44,466 nt of DNA from a virus, in IMG/VR virus record IMGVR_UViG_3300045988_053012, positions 1-44,466 of that record. The stretch is one strand, 5' to 3'. The notes beneath the pieces were generated by a model that saw nothing but the letters and a program-made list of their open reading frames with translations, did no database searches and was not told the DNA's origin. The first letter of the stretch is position 1. The number at the start of each line of letters is the position of its first letter. The translations under genes were made by a program, and so were the position numbers. Below, piece after piece: positions 24,752 through 33,653 of this stretch.

Positions 24752-24771
24752 GGGGCCGGGCAACTGGCCCC
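24752..24771 (+). promoter_or_regulatory. Intercistronic GNRA-tetraloop hairpin (family copy 4)
   Basis: GGGGCCGG / GCAA / CTGGCCCC (one G-U pair), followed by ACAAAAAA. 16 nt to ATG 24788. Confidence 0.6.
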
Positions 24772-24787
24772 ACAAAAAAGCGATACG

Positions 24788-26197
24788 ATGTACATTAAAA
24801 GATTGGAACTTTTGAATTTCCAAGTTATCGAACAGTTTTCCGCCGACTTTGACGGAACGGTTTATTTCGTGACCGGCGACAACGAATTAGGTAAATCCAC
24901 GTTGTTAAAAGCAATCGGCGCATTGTTGACCGGCCAACGCGACGACGTGTTGCGCAACGGCGCATCCAAGGGATTTGCCAAAATGGTTGTGGGCGACGAT
25001 GGCGAAGAATACGACGTACAATTGTCGTTCACAGAAGCGAACCCACGCGGAACGCTTACCATCAAGCAAAAGACAACCGGAATGGCGACCAACAATATTT
25101 CGATGTTGCAACGCATTTTCGGGTATCAAGATTTCGACGCGGTGGAATTTTCCCGTTGGTCCGAAACGGCGGATGGCCGCCGCAAACAAATTGCCGTGGT
25201 TAAGGCCCTGTTGCCCGAAAAGGTCCGGAACAGGATTGCGGAAATTGACGAAACCGTTACCACGATGAAAGCGGAACGCACCGGCGTAAACCGTGATGTC
25301 AAGACGTTTGCCGCCCTGTATGAATCCATCGAAAAACAGTTGGCCCCGGGCGACGTTGAGAAATACGCCGCACCCGTGGACGTTACCGCATTGATGGAAC
25401 GCCAAAAGACCAATGCGCAATTGATTGAAAAGGCCAAGACGGTACGCGCCACCGTTGCGCAACGCACACAACAGTTGGCCGAAATCCCCGACCGGATAAA
25501 AGTGGTTGACGAAACGTTGACCGGAGCGAAACGGCTCATTGACGAAACCGTTGCCGCCGCGAAAGCCGCATACGAAAAGGCCGTTGCCGACGCAAAGATT
25601 GCCCGCGAAAAGGTCGATGCCGCCCACGCGGAAGCAATCGCCGCAATCGAAGCGGAACGCAAGGCGTTTGCGGAACGCAAGGAAAATGGCGAAAATTGGT
25701 TGGCAAAGTATGAAGCCAACAACCCCGAAAAAACCGACGTTCCGGCCCTGTTGGCCAATGCTGAAGCCCACAACAAACGATTCAATCTTGTTTGCCAATT
25801 CAAGGAAAAGAAACAACAGTACGAAGCCGTCAAGGCCAAGGCCGAACAGATGGATTCTGACATTGACAAATTGGCAAGCGAACGCGCCGGGTTGATTGCA
25901 TCCGCCGAATTGCCGATTGCCGGATTGTCATTTACTGATGATGGGTTGACGTTGAACGGCATTCCGTTCGTCCCCGGCAAGGTGTCGGATTCGCAAACGA
26001 TGGAAATTGCGGCCAAATTGGTTATCGCATCAAATCCGAAAGTAAAGGTTTTCCGAATCGCCCGTGGCGAATCGTTGGGCCAAAAGCGGCTTGAAACAAT
26101 TATTGACATTGCCCGCCGTAACGGATTCCAAGGATTTATCGAACAGGTCCAGCGCGGACAAACCGAAATGATGGTTGAAGAATACACCGAACGTTAA
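24788..26197 (+). CDS. SMC/Rad50/RecF-like ATPase with a central coiled coil
   Basis: 469 aa. MYIKRLELLNFQ start; Walker A VTGDNELGKSTLLKAI; about 250 aa of coiled coil; C-terminal FRIARGESLGQKRLETIIDIAR. Confidence 0.6.
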   Translation: MYIKRLELLNFQVIEQFSADFDGTVYFVTGDNELGKSTLLKAIGALLTGQRDDVLRNGASKGFAKMVVGDDGEEYDVQLSFTEANPRGTLTIKQKTTGMATNNISMLQRIFGYQDFDAVEFSRWSETADGRRKQIAVVKALLPEKVRNRIAEIDETVTTMKAERTGVNRDVKTFAALYESIEKQLAPGDVEKYAAPVDVTALMERQKTNAQLIEKAKTVRATVAQRTQQLAEIPDRIKVVDETLTGAKRLIDETVAAAKAAYEKAVADAKIAREKVDAAHAEAIAAIEAERKAFAERKENGENWLAKYEANNPEKTDVPALLANAEAHNKRFNLVCQFKEKKQQYEAVKAKAEQMDSDIDKLASERAGLIASAELPIAGLSFTDDGLTLNGIPFVPGKVSDSQTMEIAAKLVIASNPKVKVFRIARGESLGQKRLETIIDIARRNGFQGFIEQVQRGQTEMMVEEYTER

Positions 26198-26242
26198 ACC
26201 AAATCGCCGGGGCGGTCCCGATGCCGTCCCGGATATACTGAT

Positions 26243-26659
26243 ATGTACGACAAAGAAACACAACAAAAGATTGCATCTTGCAAGGCATTGCAGGGAATGA
26301 CGGTCGAAGATTTCATTAAAAACGACCGGTTCCGCGAAAACTTGGCCGGTTACTTGACCGAACAACGGGAAACCCGCAAGACGGCCCGCGCGTCATACGC
26401 GGCGATGCGAAAGGTTGGCGGCGCAAAGGGTTTCAAATTGCCCGCCCACGTATGCGACAAATTCATTGGCGTTACCGTTGACCAATTCGCCGAACTGTTT
26501 ATGGCCGTAATTGCCAAGCGATACAACGGACCGTTGGCCGAACGCGAATACATCCGACAGTTAGGGATGCAAGCGTACAATTTGACCGTCGCCCAATATG
26601 TCGTTGAGGAATACCCGGAATTGGAACCCGTATTGATTCCGAAAGCAAAAGCGGATTGA
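26243..26659 (+). CDS. Hypothetical protein
   Basis: 138 aa; operon position. Confidence 0.55.
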   Translation: MYDKETQQKIASCKALQGMTVEDFIKNDRFRENLAGYLTEQRETRKTARASYAAMRKVGGAKGFKLPAHVCDKFIGVTVDQFAELFMAVIAKRYNGPLAEREYIRQLGMQAYNLTVAQYVVEEYPELEPVLIPKAKAD

Positions 26660-27111
26660 CTATGAAAGCGCAAAAAATAAGCGAATCCGGGTTGATTGGG
26701 ATAGATGGCCGCTTACGTATTCCGATGGAACGCGTAAACGCTTGGTGCGCGGAACATAAAGGCGAACGCGTGGTTATCCGTTTTGATGCGGCCACGCCCG
26801 GTTCAAGTGAATTGCAATTGGCGTATTATTACAATTACATTGTTCCGACCATTCAAACGGCCCTTTATGAATTAGGGGAACGAATGAATGAAAAAAAGGT
26901 TGATGAATGGTTGCGGCAACAATGCCCGTCAATTTTTGAAACATTTATACCGCCAACGAAAGAACAGGCGGAACAGGGTTATTTTGGATGTACAGAAATC
27001 AAGGGAATACGGGATTTGTCCGTTTCGGAAATGTCGGATTACTTGGATTGGCTGAAACAGTTTGCCGCCGAAAACCTGTACGTTTACATTGAGGACCCGC
27101 GAACACTTTAA
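26656..27111 (+). CDS. Hypothetical protein
   Basis: 151 aa; ATGA-type overlap with the upstream gene. Confidence 0.55.
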   Translation: MTMKAQKISESGLIGIDGRLRIPMERVNAWCAEHKGERVVIRFDAATPGSSELQLAYYYNYIVPTIQTALYELGERMNEKKVDEWLRQQCPSIFETFIPPTKEQAEQGYFGCTEIKGIRDLSVSEMSDYLDWLKQFAAENLYVYIEDPRTL

Positions 27112-27323
27112 CACAAAAACAATATGCGAAAGATTAACGAAAACGATTATGTGGATTTTACCATTTGAGGGCCGGGTTGGTCTTTGACTGTTGCCACGTT
27201 CAAAAATGCGGTTGGCGAATGGAAAGATATAACCCGCGCCGGATGCACGTTGTACGGCAACAAGCCCGATGGAACCCGGGCAATCATTGATTCCAAGTAA
27301 CACACAAAAAAAGGCTCTACGAA

Positions 27324-28190
27324 ATGACAATTAACGACGTTTTGTTTTTTGATACCGAAACGACCGGGATTCCGGACCGTTCGGCCAAATGGGACACGGA
27401 CTTTGCAGATTACCCGCACGTTGTGCAAATGGCGTGGATTCACGGTTGCAAGGTTGAAAACCACATTATCCGCCCGGATGGGTGGGAAATCCCGGATGAT
27501 ACCGTGGCGGTCCACGGCATAACCACGGAATACGCGTTGGAACACGGGGAACCGTTCGCCGCCGTCGTGGATATGTTCATACAGGATTGCCACGATGCCG
27601 GTTTGATATGCGGCCATAACATCCATTTCGATACTGGCATTGTCAAAGCCAACATCTTGCGCGAACTTGGCCGGGAATATTACGACGCAAACGACGTGGA
27701 CGCCGCGTTGTATAAGGGCAAGCGAATTGACACGATGCGCCCGACGATGAAATGGGTTGATGCCCGAATGGCGAACGGCCGGTTGAAATTCCAGAATCTT
27801 TCTGAACTGTATTCCCGTTGTTTCCCGGGCGAAACGTTCCCGGCGCATAATGCGATTGAGGATGTAAAGGCGGTTGCCCGTTGTTTGCCTGTTATCCTTG
27901 AATTGGGGTTGGTGGAACTGAAAGTAAAGGAATACCCAGAAGAACAAGCGAACCACCCGGTTTCCACCTTTACCAAAATCGTCGATGCGGCAAGCGACGC
28001 CGCCAAGATTGCGGCGGATGCGGTAAAGAAATTCGGCGTGGCCCCGGAAATGGCCGGAAATGGCCCTATTTTGAACGCAAACGAAAAAGATGATAAATTA
28101 CCCGTCCGACCGAAGAAAGCCCCGGAAATCGAAAATTTCACAAAAATAAGCGATGCGGCGGCCGAACTGTTGGACCAAAACGATTTTTAA
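27324..28190 (+). CDS. DnaQ-like 3'-5' exonuclease (DEDDh)
   Basis: 288 aa; FFDTETTG (ExoI), GHNIHFDTGI (ExoII), HNAIEDV (ExoIII). The last ~90 aa are a low-complexity extension. Confidence 0.85.
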   Translation: MTINDVLFFDTETTGIPDRSAKWDTDFADYPHVVQMAWIHGCKVENHIIRPDGWEIPDDTVAVHGITTEYALEHGEPFAAVVDMFIQDCHDAGLICGHNIHFDTGIVKANILRELGREYYDANDVDAALYKGKRIDTMRPTMKWVDARMANGRLKFQNLSELYSRCFPGETFPAHNAIEDVKAVARCLPVILELGLVELKVKEYPEEQANHPVSTFTKIVDAASDAAKIAADAVKKFGVAPEMAGNGPILNANEKDDKLPVRPKKAPEIENFTKISDAAAELLDQNDF

Positions 28191-28209
28191 CAATTAAATA
28201 CCCAACATT

Positions 28210-28407
28210 ATGCCAAAGACAATTGAATTTCACAATACGCCCGGATTAGTCCGGGAATACGTCAACAATTGGTTGATTCACGCCCGCAAGGATAAGGCGG
28301 CCCCGGCGCAAATCGCCGTATTGGAAGATATTTCTAAATTGATTGATGTTGCGTTAACTGTGTTGCAACCCGGACCGGCGGCACCGGAAGATAAGAAACA
28401 ATCCTAA
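28210..28407 (+). CDS. Hypothetical protein
   Basis: 65 aa. Confidence 0.5.
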   Translation: MPKTIEFHNTPGLVREYVNNWLIHARKDKAAPAQIAVLEDISKLIDVALTVLQPGPAAPEDKKQS

Positions 28408-28420
28408 TACCAAAAGCAAT

Positions 28421-29041
28421 ATGGAAAAAGAATTACAGACCATCCCGACCGAAAAGGACTTTAATTTGTCCAAGGTCAAATTGTTGCCGAAAGGCGGAAT
28501 CCAAGCGGAATACCAAGTAACGCAAATTGTTGACGGCGAAACGTCATTGATTGACCGGAACGAAACGTGTTCCCGCGACGTACACCCGGATTTGTTTGCA
28601 ATGTTCACTGACTTGCGTACAATTGTGGCTCGCGTGTTCAACATTACGTCATTTCTTACATTGTTGGAATCCGACGAAATGAGATTGCCCGAATCCAAAA
28701 AGATGTTGGCGCGTAATTTTGCCGACGAACTGTTGGCAAAAATTGAGGTTCGCGGCGTCGCTTGGTCCGGGACCGGCGACAATACCGGCGTTGTCATTAC
28801 GTCTGTGTTTGAAACGCCCAACGGCCTAAAAACGTGCATCAATACCCCGCGTATTAAGATGTCCACAATTTCGTTCGGGTTCGAAGAAGAATTGGAAACC
28901 ATTGTGGAATCCATCAAAAAAGAGGTTTACGCGTATTTGTTCAAGGGCAAACAGGCGCAAATGTCTTTGTTCGGCGACAACGGCGCGGCCGATGATGAAC
29001 CGGACCCGTTGGACGGGCCGGATGATATGCCCGGCGAATAA
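28421..29041 (+). CDS. Hypothetical protein with an acidic C-terminus
   Basis: 206 aa; ends DDEPDPLDGPDDMPGE. Confidence 0.55.
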   Translation: MEKELQTIPTEKDFNLSKVKLLPKGGIQAEYQVTQIVDGETSLIDRNETCSRDVHPDLFAMFTDLRTIVARVFNITSFLTLLESDEMRLPESKKMLARNFADELLAKIEVRGVAWSGTGDNTGVVITSVFETPNGLKTCINTPRIKMSTISFGFEEELETIVESIKKEVYAYLFKGKQAQMSLFGDNGAADDEPDPLDGPDDMPGE

Positions 29042-29469
29042 TGGAACCATTCTTGATTGATACCCGCGAACAATATGACCTTTGCAAAGCGCACGGAATC
29101 GAACCGTTGATTGACCGGCGCTTTACAATGGAAATCCGTTTACGGGTTTCAGTCCAACGGGAATTGTTCGGGACCGGCCACACCCCGGCGGAAAACGAAA
29201 GGTTTTATCGTTGGTGTTGGAACCATTACCCGCATATTTGTTCGGAAACGATGCGCCCTTTGCGTCAATATTCGGCAACGTATATTTCCCACATCTTGAC
29301 GCGTGGCGCACACCCGGAAATGGCCCACGACCCGCGAAACGTCAATATCCTTTCGTTTGAACAACACAACCGTTGGGAGAATGGCGACCGGCGCAATATG
29401 CGGATATATCCGGCAAACCTGTTGATTGTTGAACAATTGAAAAAGGAATATGAAACCATTAAATTTTGA
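29041..29469 (+). CDS. Hypothetical protein, possible His-Me finger (HNH-like) nuclease
   Basis: 142 aa; CWNHYPHIC ... SHILTRGAHPEMAHDPRNVNILSFEQHNRWENG. Weak motif match. Confidence 0.35.
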   Translation: MEPFLIDTREQYDLCKAHGIEPLIDRRFTMEIRLRVSVQRELFGTGHTPAENERFYRWCWNHYPHICSETMRPLRQYSATYISHILTRGAHPEMAHDPRNVNILSFEQHNRWENGDRRNMRIYPANLLIVEQLKKEYETIKF

Positions 29470-29713
29470 TGGCGCAAACGTCGTATATGGCGCGAACCAA
29501 CCCGAATACCAACCATTACCGGCCGAACGCGTCGGAAAGCCCGAAACGGGCCAAATCAACACGTGTTGGGAATTTTCCCCGGATGAACTGAAACGCGTAC
29601 AGGAAACCGGCGTTATTTTCGTATCTTTGTTGACGTTTGGACAACCATTGCAACCCGTGTTGGTTTCCGTGGATAAACCGGACGTTTGCGACCCTAACGA
29701 ACCGCAAGGATGA
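29450..29713 (+). CDS. Hypothetical protein
   Basis: 87 aa. Confidence 0.5.
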   Translation: MKPLNFDGANVVYGANQPEYQPLPAERVGKPETGQINTCWEFSPDELKRVQETGVIFVSLLTFGQPLQPVLVSVDKPDVCDPNEPQG

Positions 29714-30030
29714 AAGATTACAACGAATTAGTGCGCTGGTCAATCCGAAAGGATTTTGCCAAAGCAAATTTCAAGCGGAACGGCCGCGCACCGAAAACGC
29801 CGCATCCCAAGAACACTAAACGGGTTTTGGCAATAAATGAACAATGCGATTATTACCGGTTCCGGAAATACTTTGTTGGCCGGTTGGTTCGGATTGTTGA
29901 GAATGCCGCCATTTCGGGCGTGTGGGTTGAATTTGTCCGGGACGCTGACCGGGAATGTTTGAACGCCGCCGCCGGATGGTCCGGGAATAAACGGATGTAC
30001 TTGTTATATGGTGCGAAATTTGACGATTGA
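29710..30030 (+). CDS. Hypothetical protein
   Basis: 106 aa; ATGA overlap. Confidence 0.5.
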   Translation: MKDYNELVRWSIRKDFAKANFKRNGRAPKTPHPKNTKRVLAINEQCDYYRFRKYFVGRLVRIVENAAISGVWVEFVRDADRECLNAAAGWSGNKRMYLLYGAKFDD

Positions 30031-30218
30031 AAATGATTGAATTTGTTATAGATAGGACCGTAACAAAACGTCCTTGCGTATATAAAAAAGTTGGGAACAC
30101 ATTATACCCGATTATGTATTTCCACAAAGCCAAAAACGCATCAAATGAGGATTTTGAAGCGTTGTACAACTACATTATCGGGAAAAAAGTTAAATTTAAC
30201 AAACAGTTGACAAAATGA
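30027..30218 (+). CDS. Hypothetical protein
   Basis: 63 aa; ATGA overlaps on both sides. Confidence 0.5.
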   Translation: MKMIEFVIDRTVTKRPCVYKKVGNTLYPIMYFHKAKNASNEDFEALYNYIIGKKVKFNKQLTK

Positions 30219-30640
30219 ATAAGGTATTTTTGAAAGGAAACGTTGGCCAAGACCCGAAAATTACCACATTCCAAGACGGCGGAAAGGTCGCACAATTCAC
30301 GTTGGCCACGACCGAACGCGGATTTACTACCCGGGACGGCAAACAGATTCCCGACGTAACAGATTGGCACAATATCGTTGTCAAGCGCACTGGCCTTGCG
30401 GGCGTGTGCGAACAATTCGTGAAAAAGGGAACCCCGCTTTTGGTTGTCGGCAAGATTCAATCGCGGTCGTATGTGGATAACGCCGGACAAACCCGGTACG
30501 TTACCGAAATCATCGTGGATGAAATGGAATTGTTGGGCGGCAAGAAACCCGAACAGGCCCCAGCCCCAGCCCCGGAATACACGCCCGGCGGCAGTTATCA
30601 ACCAATGGGCGCGGATGATGATTTGCCCGCCGGCTTCTAA
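30215..30640 (+). CDS. ssb: Single-stranded DNA-binding protein
   Basis: 141 aa. OB-fold SSB pattern MNKVFLKGNVGQDP ... WHNIVV ... YVTEIIVDEMELLG. P/G-rich linker; acidic tip DDDLPAGF. Confidence 0.9.
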   Translation: MNKVFLKGNVGQDPKITTFQDGGKVAQFTLATTERGFTTRDGKQIPDVTDWHNIVVKRTGLAGVCEQFVKKGTPLLVVGKIQSRSYVDNAGQTRYVTEIIVDEMELLGGKKPEQAPAPAPEYTPGGSYQPMGADDDLPAGF

Positions 30641-30651
30641 AACGAACAATT

Positions 30652-31164
30652 ATGCAAATTGACCGTAAAGATTACAACCCGGACCAACACGACGTTTTCA
30701 AGGCCCTTTCGGTAAAACAACCGTGGGCGGACCTGTTAACGCGTGTTGCGTTCCGGAATGAATCCGGGGAATATCACGCCGAAAAAACAATTGAGGTGCG
30801 CACCCGGAACACCAATTATCGCGGCGACTTGTTGGTTTGCGCGTCGGCAAAACCCGAAATTCCCGGCCGGATGTCCGGCGTTACTTGTGGATTCGTGGAA
30901 TTGTACGACGTTAAACCAATCGAACAGTTCACGCCGGAAGATTGGGCCGCAACTTGCATCCCGGAACAGGACCGACCGCGCAAGGGTTACGGATGGATGA
31001 TGCGCAACCCGCGCCGCGTCGTGGAAATGCCTGTTAAGGTCCAATTGGGCGTTTACAACCTTATCGTGCCGAAAGGCGACATTACAGAATATCCCCGGGC
31101 AATGGCATTGGATTCCGACGGATGGGATATTTTGCAACAACGTATTAAACCGAAAAGAAAATGA
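30652..31164 (+). CDS. ASCH (PUA-like) domain protein
   Basis: 170 aa; LSVKQPWADLL ... KTIEVRTRNTNYRGDLLVCAS. Confidence 0.7.
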   Translation: MQIDRKDYNPDQHDVFKALSVKQPWADLLTRVAFRNESGEYHAEKTIEVRTRNTNYRGDLLVCASAKPEIPGRMSGVTCGFVELYDVKPIEQFTPEDWAATCIPEQDRPRKGYGWMMRNPRRVVEMPVKVQLGVYNLIVPKGDITEYPRAMALDSDGWDILQQRIKPKRK

Positions 31165-31337
31165 CAATAAAAACTATTTTATTGCCTGTTGAAAAGGCGG
31201 GATTTATCCAAAAGAACGCGGCCGAATATGGTTGCAATCTGGTTGAACTTGCCGTTGCCGGTAACAATTCGGCCAAAGTGACCGTTACCGGTGAAGATGA
31301 TAACGTAAAAAAATTGTTTGACGAAATCGGCGAATGA
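31161..31337 (+). CDS. Hypothetical small protein (58 aa, below the track cutoff)
   Basis: MTIKTILLPVEKAGFIQKNAAEYGCNLVELAVAGNNSAKVTVTGEDDNVKKLFDEIGE. ATGA overlaps with both neighbours. Confidence 0.5.
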   Translation: MTIKTILLPVEKAGFIQKNAAEYGCNLVELAVAGNNSAKVTVTGEDDNVKKLFDEIGE

Positions 31338-31645
31338 TGAAAAATTATTGGCAATCCCAATTAACGGCCTTTGATGCCGAATTGGTTAAAATGGTCGAAT
31401 CGTTGACCGGTAAACCGTGCGAACCAAAGAATGGCGGAAACCATTTCTTTTTCGAAGCGGATTACGAAAAGCACAACGACCCGCAATATATTTTGGCCAT
31501 TTGGGACGCAATAGAGGGCCGGACGGGAAAACGTCTTATTTCCATTAAGGACGACGCCGACCGACACGCCCTTTTGGTATGTGTCAAGTTTTACAACGAC
31601 GGTTGCCCGGATGCGGCATTTATCCCTAAAATCGAACAGAAATGA
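31334..31645 (+). CDS. Hypothetical protein
   Basis: 103 aa. Confidence 0.5.
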   Translation: MMKNYWQSQLTAFDAELVKMVESLTGKPCEPKNGGNHFFFEADYEKHNDPQYILAIWDAIEGRTGKRLISIKDDADRHALLVCVKFYNDGCPDAAFIPKIEQK

Positions 31646-31968
31646 ACGCAATTGTAATGACGGAACAATATTGGGCTAATTCGATGTTTTCGATTGCCCG
31701 ACATTTTGGCAAAATTTCGGTTGATGGATTCGATTATGTCATTGTTGACAAACGCGGCCACGACATTTTCGAATGTTCCATTGAAGCGGAAAAGGCTGGC
31801 CGGGAAAAAGCAATTGAACCCGGGGAACCGTGCGATTTGTGCCGGGTTGATTTCGTGCCTATTTACCGGAAATTGGGCCGGGAACAATTCTTGAAATTCA
31901 TACGGGAAAACCCGGATTTGAAAACGCCAAAACAGGCCAAAGAACGTTTGAAGCAATGGCCGGGATAA
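31642..31968 (+). CDS. Hypothetical protein
   Basis: 108 aa. Confidence 0.5.
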   Translation: MNAIVMTEQYWANSMFSIARHFGKISVDGFDYVIVDKRGHDIFECSIEAEKAGREKAIEPGEPCDLCRVDFVPIYRKLGREQFLKFIRENPDLKTPKQAKERLKQWPG

Positions 31969-32120
31969 AAAAGATTTGTGAAACGTGCGCCAATTGGGAC
32001 CGTGAACACCAACACCGAACGATTGATGGGGTAAAGGTATATGCCAATTGTCTTGCAATGATATATTCACGATGGGCGACCGATAAATGTTCATTATGGA
32101 AAAAGAACGAAAAGAAATAA
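31956..32120 (+). CDS. Hypothetical Cys-rich small protein (54 aa, below the track cutoff)
   Basis: MAGIKKICETCANWDREHQH...NCLAMIYSRWATDKCSLWKK. Overlaps neighbours at both ends. Confidence 0.35.
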   Translation: MAGIKKICETCANWDREHQHRTIDGVKVYANCLAMIYSRWATDKCSLWKKNEKK

Positions 32121-32281
32121 CCGATTTGAAATGCCGCGATTGTTTGCATTACGTGTTATCGGGTTGGTGGGACCCGCAACGCGTGTGCGAAATAGTCGGA
32201 TTCCCCGTTGACAAAGACGGCCCCGCGTGTATTTCAGTATTACCCAAAAACACAAAACACAATGGCAAGACTAGCGATTGA
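32087..32281 (+). CDS. Hypothetical Cys-rich small protein
   Basis: 64 aa; LKCRDCLHY ... VCEI ... GPACI. Confidence 0.45.
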   Translation: MFIMEKERKEITDLKCRDCLHYVLSGWWDPQRVCEIVGFPVDKDGPACISVLPKNTKHNGKTSD

Positions 32282-32510
32282 AATTGTTTCCGATGCGAAA
32301 CGAAAGATTGACAAAGAACGACAACGTGGCGATTTTCAACCCGCGCCGTATTTCGATGCGCAAGTGGCCGCCGGGATGTGCGACCCGACGAATTACGGCG
32401 GTAACAACAAATCCGAATGGATAAAGAAATTGGCAACCGCCGCCGCGCACATCCTTTGCGAAATCGAAACAATACAAGCCATTAAAGGCGATGGCATTTA
32501 CCAACGTTGA
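32262..32510 (+). CDS. Hypothetical protein
   Basis: 82 aa from ATG 32262 (MARLAIEIV...). The track opens the same frame at 32208. Confidence 0.45.
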   Translation: MARLAIEIVSDAKRKIDKERQRGDFQPAPYFDAQVAAGMCDPTNYGGNNKSEWIKKLATAAAHILCEIETIQAIKGDGIYQR

Positions 32511-32552
32511 CAAATTCCCGGACGAAACACAAACTGCCCGGGGTTCGTCGTA

Positions 32553-32574
32553 TTTTGAAAATTCACTAACTTTG
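32553..32574 (+). promoter_or_regulatory. Late-type promoter candidate (packaging operon)
   Basis: TTTTGAAAAttcacTAacTTTGCAAA. Same architecture as 35285-35307; the TTTG lies only 9 nt upstream of the -7 box. Confidence 0.45.
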
Positions 32575-32590
32575 CAAAAACAATTGAGTT

Positions 32591-33151
32591 ATGGCAAATG
32601 ATAATGGGAAAATCGAACAGGCCGAACCCAAGAAAAAAGGCCGGAAACCACAATGGACCGATACCAAAGTGGAAATTATGTGCAAGGCCATTGCCGCCGG
32701 GAAATCGTATAAAGATGCGTTTACGGCCGCCCGTGTGTCAAAGGCGACGTTTTACGCCCATTTGGCAAACGATTCGGACTTTTCAGACCGGGTAAAAAAG
32801 GCCGAACAGGAATACCAAGATTGGTACGATTCCCAATTGGTCGTTGACTGTAAACGTTCGTTGTTGGAACTGATACGCGGTTACGAATGGGATGAAACCA
32901 CAACGGAAACGGCACCGGGGAAAGATGGCAAAGGAACAGTCACGAAAACAAAGGTTGTACACAAAAAGGCCGCGCCGAATCCAACGGCGATTATCTTTGC
33001 GTTGTGCAATCGTGCGCCGGGCGAATGGTCCAATAAGCACATCCAAGAATTAACCGGCAAGATTGAAACGGAATCGAAGCCGGGTATTACATTGGCCAAC
33101 GTTCCGGATAACCTATTGGCGCAAGTTATTGATGCAATAAACGGGAAATGA
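32591..33151 (+). CDS. terS: Terminase small subunit candidate
   Basis: 186 aa. Basic N-terminus and HTH-like WTDTKVEIMCKAIAAGKSYKDAFTAARVSKATFYAHL. First gene after the late-type promoter and two genes upstream of TerL. Confidence 0.5.
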   Translation: MANDNGKIEQAEPKKKGRKPQWTDTKVEIMCKAIAAGKSYKDAFTAARVSKATFYAHLANDSDFSDRVKKAEQEYQDWYDSQLVVDCKRSLLELIRGYEWDETTTETAPGKDGKGTVTKTKVVHKKAAPNPTAIIFALCNRAPGEWSNKHIQELTGKIETESKPGITLANVPDNLLAQVIDAINGK

Positions 33152-33474
33152 TAATACACGAATCAGATATTGAAACCGATTTTGTCACAATCGTATTGGC
33201 GAATGGTTATGCCATTTGTTCCGTGTACGGGGATGGCGACAAAGATAGTGGCATTGCGTGGTTGGCCAATGTAAAAGTCCATCCAATATTTCGCGGTCAA
33301 GGATATGGAAACCAACTTATCAAACAGGCGTTGAAATTGGCCCGCGAACGTGGGTATGAGAAGATGCAATTGGCGGCCGCGCCCGGATGGCGTGTTGATT
33401 GGTACAAACGGCGCGGTTTCGTTGTCATAAACGAAAATTATTGCGGTCGTGTAATAATGGAACAAGCATTATAA
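33148..33474 (+). CDS. GNAT family N-acetyltransferase
   Basis: 108 aa; acetyl-CoA motif A VHPIFRGQGYGNQLIKQALKLARERGY; C-terminal YKRRGF. Confidence 0.75.
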   Translation: MIIHESDIETDFVTIVLANGYAICSVYGDGDKDSGIAWLANVKVHPIFRGQGYGNQLIKQALKLARERGYEKMQLAAAPGWRVDWYKRRGFVVINENYCGRVIMEQAL

Positions 33475-33475
33475 T

Positions 33476-33643
33476 ATGGCGGGGTTTGGAAAAACGGATG
33501 GTCCGCAAGACCCGGACGAAGATGTTATTATTATTCATTTGGGCCATTTGTCCGATGAACGATACAACCGCGTCGTGAAATCCATTACGGCGTTTATGAA
33601 TGCAAGGTGGCCGAATTTTGAAAATATTGGGATTGATAGTTGA
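33476..33643 (+). CDS. Hypothetical small protein (55 aa, below the track cutoff)
   Basis: MAGFGKTDGPQDPDEDVIIIHLGHLSDERYNRVVKSITAFMNARWPNFENIGIDS. Fills the gap between the GNAT gene and TerL. Confidence 0.45.
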   Translation: MAGFGKTDGPQDPDEDVIIIHLGHLSDERYNRVVKSITAFMNARWPNFENIGIDS

Positions 33644-33653
33644 TTATGTGATT

